Assembly (NCBI GenBank): GCA_002245135.1
Contig: NGBS01001168.1
Location: 186,001-211,530, forward strand
Source: Proteromonas lacertae
Lineage: Eukaryota
Length of the DNA: 25,530 bases
Direction of reading: 5' to 3'
In this document: positions 1 through 11,153 of the stretch, piece after piece
Numbering within the stretch: the stretch's first letter is position 1
How the letters are laid out: each line of letters begins with the position of its first letter
Program-made: the position numbers and the translations under genes
Notes under the pieces: model-generated
Databases searched by the model: none
Told to the model about the DNA's origin: nothing
The model's input: only the letters and a program-made list of their open reading frames with translations

Positions 1-2
1 AA

Positions 3-185
3 CCAATATGGTCATTCTTATCAAGAGATAAACAGACAGGTAAAGGTAAAAAGAATAAACCATTTAATGAGAATGCATTAAAAATAAAGCAGCTATGTTT
101 TTATTGTAGAAACTACAAGAGATATGAATATCTTAAGGGGAAAAGAATAAAAGGTAAAAAGGAGAAGAAATCAACAACTAAGTAA
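3..185 (+). CDS. 3' end (partial) of a Cys-rich CxxC protein, probable paralog of the next gene
   Basis: Frame 3 is open from the window edge to TAA 183-185: PIWSFLSRDKQTGKGKKNKPFNENALKIKQLCFYCRNYKRYEYLKGKRIKGKKEKKSTTK*. PIWSFL...CFYCR matches the module ends of the downstream gene (YRDWTFL...CLCCR, YPLWHYV...CLECR). Not in the ORF track. Confidence 0.65.
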   Translation, partial: PIWSFLSRDKQTGKGKKNKPFNENALKIKQLCFYCRNYKRYEYLKGKRIKGKKEKKSTTK

Positions 186-305
186 TTCAGAATAATATAT
201 TATTGATTATAGATTATGCTTTTGTGGTTTTTGTTATAAACCATTAAATATTATATTTTTTGTTTATTCTTTGATTGATTAGCTCATTTTAGAGTTCTAA
301 AAAAC

Positions 306-314
306 TAGTCGTTT
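306..314 (+). promoter_or_regulatory. Candidate promoter motif TAGTCGTT(T)
   Basis: 43 nt before ATG 358; the same 8-mer recurs before other start codons. Confidence 0.55.
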
Positions 315-357
315 TTTATATTAAAAAAGAATTATAAATTTATTGGTAGAGAATAGA

Positions 358-1689
358 ATGAGTCATGCTGAGGAAGAATATTGTAGATATGAAAGTGCAA
401 AGAAAACATGTGTGAGGTGTAATAAAGAAATCAAAATGACAGAATTGTTTAAACTGAAAGAGATGAAATTAGGTGAAAGAGAATATAGTTATAATTATAT
501 ATGTGTCAATTGTGCTAGACCCAGTGATAAACTATGCAATTGGACAAAAAGTGATAAGCAATGTGTGAGCTGTAAAAAATATTACAGAGATTGGACATTT
601 TTAACTCATAATAGTGATGGAACCTTTAGTAGATTTGAGAAATGTCTTTGTTGTAGATTGTTTGAAAGAATGTTTAAAAATGTTAAAGAAACGAAAGATA
701 TAGATGTAGATATAGATGTAGATGTAGGTGATATTGCTAAAGATTCAAATAGTGGTAAAAAAATAACCAGAAGTCGTTCTAATCATAAGAGAGATAGTAA
801 TAGAACATCCTATGATGTAAATGATTTATCATTACCAAAATTTATTCCTTCTCCTCAATCTTCTTTAGTTAATAATATTGAATCAGGAAAAGAGGATATA
901 GATACTTTACTAAAATGTTTTCCTTTACCATTTTCAATGAAAATGAGAATAGAAGATAGAGATGAGAGAGATGAATATAAGAAATATAAAAGATGTGAAA
1001 GAAAATGTGACAAATGTGGAAATAATAAATCAATTTTAGATCTATATATATATGATAATAGAAAGAGTTATTGCTTAAATTGTGCAAGCGATGAAAAAAG
1101 AAGAAATAAAGAAATTGTTTTTAGCAATTGGATTTTACTTGACAATAGAGGTAAAGAATGTAGTAGGTGTAATAAAGTATATCCACTTTTTTGTTATATT
1201 CAGGATGATTACAGTGATACTGATATATGTTTGGATTGTAGAAAAAATGAAAATTTAAGATATGTGATAGAGTGTGATACTTTAAAAGAAAATGTTGATG
1301 ATGGAAGTTGTAAGGATTTAACATCCATTTATGATGATTTTAGAAAGAATAATAAAAGAATAAAATGTTGTTTATGTAATACAATTATTGATAAAGTCAG
1401 TGCATATGGATCTGTTAGAAAAGATAAACATATTGAATATGAAAAGAAAAATAGATATTTTTGTATTGATTGTGTTGCAAGGCTTAAGCAAAAAAAAGGA
1501 AAATACTTTAAGCGAGTATTTGATGATGAAAGTGAGGAAGGACAGGAATGTAGTAAATGTAAGAGAAGATATCCACTGTGGCATTATGTTCCAGATAGAA
1601 CAAAAGGTGAAATAATGATTACTGAACTTGACAAAAGTTGTTTAGAATGTAGAAGTTCAGAAAAGCTGACAAAATACAAAGAATGGTAA
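358..1689 (+). CDS. Intronless Cys-rich protein with three repeats of a 4xCxxC (double zinc-finger-like) module; function unknown
   Basis: ATG 358, TAA 1687-1689. Twelve CxxC motifs in three groups: CVRC/CVNC/CVSC/CLCC, CDKC/CLNC/CSRC/CLDC, CCLC/CIDC/CSKC/CLEC. Groups are separated by acidic or low-complexity linkers. Confidence 0.8.
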   Translation: MSHAEEEYCRYESAKKTCVRCNKEIKMTELFKLKEMKLGEREYSYNYICVNCARPSDKLCNWTKSDKQCVSCKKYYRDWTFLTHNSDGTFSRFEKCLCCRLFERMFKNVKETKDIDVDIDVDVGDIAKDSNSGKKITRSRSNHKRDSNRTSYDVNDLSLPKFIPSPQSSLVNNIESGKEDIDTLLKCFPLPFSMKMRIEDRDERDEYKKYKRCERKCDKCGNNKSILDLYIYDNRKSYCLNCASDEKRRNKEIVFSNWILLDNRGKECSRCNKVYPLFCYIQDDYSDTDICLDCRKNENLRYVIECDTLKENVDDGSCKDLTSIYDDFRKNNKRIKCCLCNTIIDKVSAYGSVRKDKHIEYEKKNRYFCIDCVARLKQKKGKYFKRVFDDESEEGQECSKCKRRYPLWHYVPDRTKGEIMITELDKSCLECRSSEKLTKYKEW

Positions 1690-1799
1690 ATAAAAATAAA
1701 TCTTGTTTATTTTTATATTATTTTGTTGTTATTACCGATTTTAATTACTTTGAAAATGAACTTCATAGTATATTGTATTTTTTTTATTATTTAAAAATA

Positions 1800-1807
1800 T
1801 AGTCGTT
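1800..1807 (+). promoter_or_regulatory. Candidate promoter motif TAGTCGTT
   Basis: 9 nt before ATG 1817. Confidence 0.55.
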
Positions 1808-1816
1808 ACATATATA

Positions 1817-4044
1817 ATGAAATCCTTAATTGAGTAAGAATTATAAAATATTATTGTTATAGAATATTCGAAGAATTAAACAGTGATAATAAATTTGATG
1901 GATCAATAGTTTATTTGGATAAAAGAGCAAGTGAAGTATATACTTCGTTAATTTTAACTTAGATTATTGATAAAATAGGTGGTATGAAGTATTTATTGTC
2001 ATTGGGAATAAGAAATTGTCTGTCAATTGAGAATTGTGTAAAACCTCTAGATCCTTTGTTGAGTATATTTGAGTACATGCACGTATAACATTTGCGTATA
2101 TTACAACTTACATAGCATCCATATTCAGATCCATCAGCAGTGTCTTTAAATGCTGTAGTTGTTTTATGCAACCCTCCAACTGAATTTGAGTGGTTGAAGT
2201 CAATAACTCCATTCTATCAAACTATTTATATTTATACTTCATCTTTACCTGAATTAATTGATTGGAATGTAATTTTACCATCAATTAATAGTAATGACAG
2301 TAATTGTAGAATAGTTACACATTATTTCCCATTCTCTATGATTCCATTGAATGTAAATGAAGCACTATCCACAATAACACCATCCTTGTCTTATTTTATA
2401 CTAACTCATTCTCATTCAAATGAATTATTCCCCTTAAGTCTTCATAATATCAATAACTGCTTATATAGTCGTAGTTATGAATCATTTAATGATATTAAGT
2501 GGGATATTTTACCATTTGAAATACAAAAATCAATAAGTGAATGTTCTGTTTCCTTACTACTATTTTTATATGAAAATGGATATGAAATAAATAATGTTAA
2601 TATTTATACAATTGGGTATATATATATATATATATATTAATAATAAAATTATAGACATACATCTGAACTAATAGGTGATAAAATATTACAAATTCATAAT
2701 GTATATTTATATATTTATATATATAGTCTCAAAGCCATAATATTTCTCAATCAACTGTTAAACAACCAGTAACACTATTAATAGTTGATAATACTATTGA
2801 TTTAAATAGTGAATTAGATTTCAATGATACTGGATTAGATATATTAATGAATGGTAATATAAATGATTTATATAATCTACCATTATTGTTATTAAACAGT
2901 AGTGAAATAATGAATCGTTTAATAAATGATTTAAATGAAATGTATAAAAAATCTAATAATAATATATCATTTGAAAAATTATCAAGTGAAGGTAATAATT
3001 ATAGTTATGAGATACTAAATGAATTATATAATTCTATTGATAGAAATAATCCAATAGTTTTCAGTCAAACCAGATATTATGATGATATAGGTAAGATAAT
3101 CGTATATATACATATATATATATATATATTAATAATGATAAATAGCCTTTATTAAATCCAAACAATAATAATATAACAAATATTCAGTTTTACAAATCAA
3201 CTAATAAGATATTTCAGCAAGTATAATATATACTATTGTTTTATTATTTTATTAGACTTTATTATTGAATGAAGATATATCTGAACAACTATTACTGTTA
3301 ATAAAAGAGCATAAATTCAGCTTAAATATATTATTAAGATATTTCATATCTATATTATATCTACTACCTCCAAATTTCAAAAATACTTCTAAATATAATG
3401 AAATAATAACAAATTTAACAAAATTGATATGTAAATGTAATGAACAAGAATTAAAAGAATGTGGTTTTGGTGATGATTTGATAACTCAAATAAAATTAGA
3501 AAAAGCATCATCCTCATTAGTAGAAACAATAAAAGATGAATTGAGAGATGTTATAAACCCAATACTAGATATGATTGATAGCATATACAACTGGAAATCA
3601 TTAATTAATGAATCAAATGAATATAATTCTTGTGTATAAAAAATGAATAATATTATAATCATTATTATATAGTTATTAATGTTAGTTAGACATTATTTAT
3701 CTGAAATGTCTTTTAAAGATATCAGTTTTGTAAAGTGTTTAGGTGATTCTGGTTCAATAGTTAAATCATCAATGAAAGTATAATCTAAATATAATTGATT
3801 ATAGCTATTATCATCTTTTGGATTATTTGGTAGTGGAAGTTCAAGTAGTCCAGATGTTAATGATTCAATCCATAATAAACCATTAATCGTTTATAAAGTA
3901 GGAGGATTAAACTCAAATGATTTATTACTCAGTAAAAATCTATCAAATGAAATAAAAAGCAGTAATATACCAGTTATGTTTGGAAGTTCAACAATTACTA
4001 CTGGAGATATTGTAATGAAACAGATAATGAAAGAATATGAATAA
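1817..4044 (+). CDS. SCFD2: Sec1/Munc18 family protein, SCFD2/MIP3-like (10 exons)
   Basis: Splicing GT-AG introns 1834-1862, 1936-1962, 2083-2115, 2616-2654, 2701-2726, 3102-3145, 3221-3255, 3634-3672 and 3778-3804 gives one continuous frame. It contains SIVYLDKRASE..GGMKYLLSLG, YTIGHTSELIG, LLIVDNTIDL and PLIVYKVGGL...FGSSTITT, which are SM-family/SCFD2-type motifs. Confidence 0.75.
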
Positions 4045-4108
4045 CATAGAATATAATTATATTTTTAAAAAATAATAGTTACATATATATTATTAATTTT
4101 GTATTTAA

Positions 4109-5071
4109 TTATAACTTCTCATAATCTGTCTTTACTGTAACACCACTTTCAGCTGCTGTTGTGTAAATTGATTTATCTAAACGAAGATTCTTCACTTTAA
4201 TCCATACAACAATTCTATTTTAATATAATAACAATAGATAAATACATCAACACAAAGATAAGAATTTCAAATATGAATAACACTAACAACACATATTCTG
4301 TAGCTCCCATATTGGTTGTTTCATTACCACGATAACTACAATCTTTACCAAAATATCCTTCATTACAATAACAATGAGATCTTTTAGAATCACTATCATA
4401 ATGACAAGATCCTTGATTTCCACATAAATGTCTGTTACTAACACCACAACTTAATGGACATGAGAAGATTGTGTTAATGAACATGTCATATTCACAATCA
4501 TTCTCCACAACAGCTACATCGTGAGAAACAACGTAATTATCAGTACATCGAACGTGTATAATCAATTTTCTTGGACGACCACAATATTCATCATCACCAT
4601 AATGAATAACTTGTACACCTTTTGATGGATCAGAAGCATCTTCAAAGGCAAACTGGGCTTTATTCCAATCATAGCCCAATCTTATACATCTTGCACCATA
4701 TCTCTGAATAGCAGGAGATTCTTCAAATGTACCAGAAGCATCTTCACAAGTAGCATCTGGAGCTTTTGTGATATTGGCACAAAAATTCACATAGTACTCA
4801 ACATCAAAATCTGATCTAGAATCGATAAAACGATATCTGCAGAAAAATAAAAAATAAATTTGCATACGATGATGAAGTCATCATAGGTGATAAATCATAT
4901 TCACCAACTGTGCCATATGTATCATTACTAAGAGTAAACTTGCCTATAGTCAATAATTAATAAAATGTGATACAATGAGAAGCTAAACTGAAAGACACAT
5001 TTAATGTGATAAACTATGAATATAATAGATAGGAATTACCATACAACAGCTATTAATGCTATATATTTCAT
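4109..5071 (-). CDS. Type I membrane protein: signal peptide + mannose-6-phosphate-receptor-homology (MRH/ATG27-like) domain + EGF-like domain + TM + short tail ending YEKL
   Basis: With four ~30-nt introns removed it reads MKYIALIAVFITLNVSFSLASHCKF..EYDLSPM..YYVNFCANI..CIRLG..GVQVIHYGDDEYCGRPRKLIIHVRC..CEYDMFINTIFSCP (MRH pattern). Then CGNQGSCHYD..CYCNEGYFGKDC (EGF), hydrophobic YVLLVLFIFEILIFVLIIVVWI, and tail ..KTDYEKL*. Confidence 0.8.
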
Positions 5072-5527
5072 GAAAGATATGAATGAAAGAAAAGCAAACT
5101 TAAGCCTAAGTCTTTGAAAGTATTGAATTACTATTTGAACATGCCTCATCACAATCTTATTTAATTATCATCATAAAGGGGTTAATTATACGAGATTTGA
5201 CTAGATACTGTTATAATTTTGATATATATGCTAATCAAAAAAGCATGATGTAGAATAGTGGTGATGCTTGAGGTACTTTTTCAAGTTTTCTATGTTTTAT
5301 TTCATAATTGACTTATTTAGAGTTATTATGTGCCATGATTATTTTTTGTACTAAAAATATTGAGTTGTGATTTATAATTTGTTTGACTTTAGTATTTTTG
5401 TTAGTTTTTAATGCAGCTGAAATAAATCATGTAATAGTTATTAAAATATATTACATTTATAAAATATCTGTGATGTTATATTCAACCTCAAACTTATTTC
5501 TGAGGCTTGATAAACAGAAATTTTTAA

Positions 5528-6252
5528 ATGATGGATGAAGAGACAGAATCTTCCTCATCGTATTGAATAATATATCTGTTATGTAGTGATTATGACGAAG
5601 AAGAGACTTGGATATCTAAATTCTGTAGTCAACCAGGAAATCAAATATTTTGTGAAGTATAAGGTTATATATATCTAATAAACTCTAGGTTGATGAAGAA
5701 TTTATATCAGATTCTTTTAATCTTTGCGGTTTAGATAGTATAGTAAAACATTATTCTGATTGTCGAAATATAATACTGAATAAACTCTCCTCAGAGTTTC
5801 CTACTCAGAGTGAGACATCTAAATATCATAGAGCTTCCTGTTTGCTTTATGGACTTATTCACGCTAGATATATTATAACACCAGAAGGATTAGAGGATAT
5901 GGTATTTTTTTTATTATTTTATGATTTAATGTAGCATGATAAATTTATTCATGGTGATTTTGGAAGTTGTCCTCGTGTTTTATGTAATGGAGTTCATTTA
6001 TTACCAACAGCTACTACAGATGTACCTTGTGTTGATACAGTTAAATTGTATTGTCCAAGTTGTAATGATATATACGAACCAGAAGAAGATTTTTCTATTG
6101 ATGGTGCATTTTTCGGAACTACGTTTGCTCAATTATTTTATTTAACATATCCAGATATTGGAAGTGCACAAATACGTCAATATGAACCTAAAATATTTGG
6201 ATTTAGAATTAGTAATGCCAGTTCTTATTACAAAAAATCATCACCTAAATAG
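5528..6252 (+). CDS. CSNK2B: Casein kinase II regulatory (beta) subunit (4 exons)
   Basis: Spliced frame has [79 protein letters not shown] and YEPKIFGFRI, the canonical CK2-beta motifs. Confidence 0.96.
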
Positions 6253-6358
6253 TTAAGTTATAGTTATGTCTTGTATTATTGTTTTTTATTTCAGTTTATA
6301 TGGTTTGAAATGCCTATTAAACAATTATTTAGAGTAAAAAAATAAAGAATTATTTCAA

Positions 6359-6920
6359 TTACTTCTGTGGTACTGAACCAGCTGCTGCTGCTTGTTGTTG
6401 TTTTTGAATTTCCATTTTTCTTTCTAAAACCATTGCAACTGTTTCAATATTCTGTTGATTTGTATCAATAATTTGTTCTACTTTATCAGCATTTCCATGT
6501 ACATAATCATACTTTCTTTTAATAAAATCTTTAGCATCATCTAGTGATTTCTCAACAAAATATCCTGTTCCAATATCCACTAAAATCTTTTCATTATTTG
6601 ATATTTTACCTGGTACATATAATGACTGTGTGAGTGGTATTAAAATTGGATTACCTAATAAATGATATTTTTAATTCATATATACCAAGTGACTTTTCAT
6701 TGATGTACTCTAATGAATAACTAGATTCCTTAAGACGAGCTTGAGCCAATCTTAATGCTCTTAAATTGTCAGATAGAGATTCATTATCCTAAGATATATC
6801 TAATTCAGTAATACTCTTGTTAATTGAGCTCCTACTGAATTCAATTGCTCTATATTTAATTGTGCAATATCTACATTTTGTTGACCACCTATATAATTAT
6901 AATTGATCAAATGTACTCAT
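6359..6920 (-). CDS. PFDN5: Prefoldin subunit 5 (alpha type), 4 exons; first coding exon is 4 nt (ATGA)
   Basis: Spliced frame MSGQQNVDIAQLNIEQL...ILIPLTQSLYVPGKI..EKILVDIGTGYFVEKSLDDAKDFIKRK, the PFDN5/Gim5 signature. Confidence 0.93.
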
Positions 6921-7018
6921 ATTAATTTTCAATTTAAAAATCAAAACAATTCAAAAATAATATCCGTTTCTTAACTCATTTTTTAAAAAAACAACCAATA
7001 CACACAGTATTATATATT

Positions 7019-9394
7019 TTACTTTCTTGTTTTTAATATTTTATCTTGGTATGCTTTCTCTTGGTCTATTTTCTTCTTCAATTCTAATGCTTCTTTCTGT
7101 AATTGAATTATTTTGTTTTCTGTCTCTTCAAGTTTCATACAAGTTTCTGGATCTATTTCATTATATACTTTCTGCTCAAATAGGTTTAATTTAAGTCTAG
7201 CTTGATCTCTATATTGGTAATCAATATCATCAAATTGATTTTCTGTTTCTTTCAAAGAACTCAATAGTGAATCTACTGATTGATGATATAATTCATCTAC
7301 TCTTACATTATAATCCGTTTTTTCTGGATATGATAACTTATTTGATATTACTAATACATAACGGGGAATTATGTTATGTGATTTTGGTAAACACATAAAT
7401 AACTCATTTCCTTTATCACTACTTGTTTTTACTGCCTTTTGATTGGATGTGCAAATAGCACTAAGAGATTGTAAATCACAATTGGAGGGTGGAGTTAAAT
7501 ATATTTCAGTAGCTATTTGACAAATTAATATTAGTAAGAAATCTGGATTTTTACTATCTAAATTACCATTCACACTGTTAGTGTTAATACTATCTGTAGA
7601 ATTATTATTTTTATTTATATTATTATCATCAGTATTAGTATTGTTGGTAGTTTGTGTTGTAGATGAAGCTACAGCTGTTTTTTCATCAAAAGATCGATTA
7701 TTCAATGCTGCAGCTGCAGCTGATGCTGCTGTTGTAGTTGGTGGTGGAGATGGTATTGGAGATGATGGTGAATTTGTCATTGGAGGACTATTACTATTAC
7801 TATTAGAATAAGTATTCTGTTTATTATTATTAGTAATATAATTATTAATATATGGAGTAATAACTTTCTTTGGATTTGTATAACATATTATCTTATGTTC
7901 GTATTGAGGAATTAAATCATTTTCTATTAGTGTTTGTAACATATCCATAGATGAGACATAATAATAATATAACTTTGAATTAGTGTTAAATGGATAATCA
8001 CTATGTGGATAACCTAACGAATATATATCAAATATTTCATAATTGAATGGTGTTTTAGGATTTGAATATGTATACCATTGTCTTGTAATATATTCATATA
8101 TCATATTTGTTGATAATATATGTTCATAAGATACAGATTTTATATTGGTTAATATATTACACTATAAAATAATAATAATATAAAATTAATACAATATTTT
8201 GATTTATAGTTGTTAATTCATAACATAATTTAAATAATCTCTGTTCTTTATGGTATAAACTTTGAACAGATTGTATTATTGAATCATATCGATTTGTAAC
8301 ATTATTACTGAGATTCTTTAAAGTTTCTTTAAATGTGTCTGTACAAGTTTGTAATATCTGATTTTGTCTTCTATATTCTTTATCTATTTCTTCTCTTCCT
8401 TGACGAATTATTGTTTCTAATTCACAGAAAGAAGTCATCATTTGTGATTGGATAATTTCATTTTCATCTTTTAATTGAACTCTCTGATTCTCTATATGTC
8501 TCAATGTTGCTTCTCTCTTACTATATATTGAATCAATTTTTGAATTTAAATTACCAAGCTAAATACAATACAATATATATATATATAATAAATACTTTTA
8601 TTTTATAATCATCACTAGTTGCTTGTTTCTTTCTTTCAGATATTTCTTTATCATCTAATAACATTATATTCTTTAAGTTTTTAATTATAAATTCTTCATA
8701 ACCATCATTCTCTACAACTGAACATTTACCAAATGTTGGCTCATTTAGTGATAAAACTTTTAAACTATTCAATTTATTCAAATTATATAGTGATTCGAAT
8801 GTTAATAAAGGATTATTAGCTAAATATAATTCTTCTAGATTCTGTAGATTATCCATATTCTTTATAGAGGAGATTTGGTTTGATTGTAACTATTATTAAG
8901 AATAAAAATAATAATAGCAATATATATACAGCAACTACTCTTAATTGCGATAATGAGTTCAAATTATCTATCTTTTGAATTGAATTCCTTGATAACCATA
9001 AAACTTCTAGATATGGACATTGGGAAAAATCTGGAATCACAAGCAAATTACAGTTTATGAAGTATAATTCCTTTAATGCTCTCATAAAGCAAAATGAAAC
9101 TGATTTTAAAGGTTGGTCCATTATTTTTAATACTCTTAATGTTTTTGAAATCTGTCCCAGTGGTTCTATTGTTTCTAAACAGTTATTAATTAAACATAAT
9201 GTCTCTAAACATGATGGTAATGTTAGAGAATTCAGCAAATTGATCTAATACCAACTATAAAACATTAAACATACTGGTGAGAAAATCAATTCTAGATCTT
9301 TTATATGTGACATATCCACAGTTCCAGTCACTTCCATCAGCATTTCCTTTGTAAGTGTATAAGTGTGGCTTTTACGGCTTTCCTCTTCCTCCAT
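7019..9394 (-). CDS. LRRC9: SDS22-type leucine-rich repeat protein with coiled coil, LRRC9-like, about 745 aa (5 exons)
   Basis: ATG 9394; introns of 30, 40, 37 and 31 nt join the ORF fragments in frame. LRRs include LEVLWLSRNSIQKIDNL and LEELYLANNPL. The cap TFESLYNLNKLNSLKVLSLNEPTFGKCSVV..Y..FII..LKNIMLLD and later LLILICQI / HNIIPRYVL resemble LRRC9 as I recall it. The LRR call is firm; orthology is less so. Confidence 0.65.
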
Positions 9395-9463
9395 AACGCT
9401 AATTTTAAAAATTGGGTGTTTGAAAAAGTTTTCGTGTATTTCTGTGTAAGTTAGTTATTCAAA
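9395..9463. promoter_or_regulatory. 69-bp divergent (bidirectional) promoter region
   Basis: The ATGs of the LRRC9-like gene (9394, minus) and UFD1-like gene (9464, plus) are head to head. Confidence 0.6.
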
Positions 9464-11117
9464 ATGCCTTGGACATATAATTGTTATAATATAGAATATA
9501 AGAAAGCAGATCCATCTGTGTTGTATGGAGATAAAATTATAATGCCAACTTCGATTTTAGAAGAAATATTTAATGATGAAGGAATAGCTTCTCCATATAT
9601 GTTTAAAATTGAAAGAAGAGGAATTGCATCATCACAATATTGTGGAGTTCTAGAATTTACAGAAGAGAAATCTGTATTTATGCCAGAAGTATATATTGTG
9701 TTGCTATTGAATAGTGGATGATGAAAAATTTACAGGTAAGCAATGGAGGACAAGTTACATTAACCATCCAAAAGAATATTCAAAAAGTAAGCTTTCTTCT
9801 TCATTTGATATAGGGAAAACAATTAAAATTAAAACCATCATCAATGGCATTTCTTGATGTTGCACAAGAGCTTGGTGTACAAGTATATTTAAGATGTTTA
9901 ATCTAATCATTTTTAGCATTTCCTTGAGAATCTGTTGAGAACATATACAATATTGAGTACAGGTGAAAAAATATCTGTATATTTCAACAATGAAGTGTAT
10001 GAATTAACTGTAACTGAGCTTAAACCCAATAAAGTGTGTTCAATTGTAGATACAGATATTGAAGTGATATTTGATGAACCACAGGATGTAGTAAGACCAC
10101 GAAGTAAAGATAGAAGAAGAAATAGTGTAGAAGATTCTAAACTAAGTGGTATTATTCTATATATATTATTCTATATCATCTTTCTAGAATCAATAAAATT
10201 TGATGAATCAAAAACAGATGAATTGTCTTCAACTATATTATCAAATGGAGTAGTAACTCATGGAACAGCGTCATTGCATAAACCACTTAATAAATTCCAA
10301 CAGAAAAAATTAGAACAAGTATTTAACAGTAAAGGATATAAATTAAATGATGATAATATTCAAGTTCATCCATCAATATCACCAATAACTACTTCTGAAG
10401 AGTATTATAGTATTAATATATATATATGTAGAGATAGAAAATGTAATGAAAATGATAACAGATTAAATAACAATACAGATTCTGCAGATTCGATACAATG
10501 TAAATATTGTTTAGCTTATATACCTAAGTCATCATTTGATTTACATGATTTACATTGTCAAAGAAATAAAAAGTATTAAATTATATATATATATATATTT
10601 AATTAATATTAGAATGCATCGTAAAATATGTGAAAAATGTCATGAACCTGTATTAATTGAAGGTTTTGATAAGAATCACATACATTGTGATGATTGTGGC
10701 AAAGTATGTACAATTGATACTATTAATGAACATATTAACAATGAACATTCGCCAGTTGTATGTAATTATTGTATATATATTATTAATATAGAGATGTGAA
10801 TGTGGTAAAAGTATTCCTCAAGCTGAGTATAATAAACATATATTACATGAATGTCCAAAGAGAAAGGAAATCTGTCCATATTGTCAACTGCCTGTAGAGA
10901 TGGAGAAATGGTCTGAACATATAGAAATATGTGGTAGTAGAACTGAGAAATGTGGTTTTTGTAATGAATATATTAAATTAATGGATATGGAAGAACATAT
11001 TAATTCAGGTTGCAAATATGCTGTAAAACCCAAACCAATTCATGATGAATTCTATCAAAGAGAACAAGAAATAGATAGAGATAGTGATTATTTCAACATG
11101 ATCAGTCATATTTCTAG

Positions 11118-11153
<36 letters not shown>

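Noticed and set aside
697..732. GATATAGATGTA tandem repeat
   Set aside because: It simply encodes the low-complexity linker DIDVDIDVDVGD; not a CRISPR-like or mobile repeat.
869..2171. Short ORFs 869-1087, 1121-1324, 1372-1584, 1388-1615 and 1959-2171 (and similar small ORFs overlapping later genes)
   Set aside because: They are antisense or off-frame to better-supported genes and have no recognisable motifs.
5270..5431. U3 snoRNA (TACTT..TTTCTAT resembling boxes A'/A)
   Set aside because: The box A match is poor and I found no convincing B/C boxes; kept only as a generic low-interest ncRNA candidate.
7581..7811. Plus-strand hydrophobic poly-Ala/Val/Leu ORF
   Set aside because: It is the antisense shadow of the low-complexity insertion in the LRRC9-like gene.
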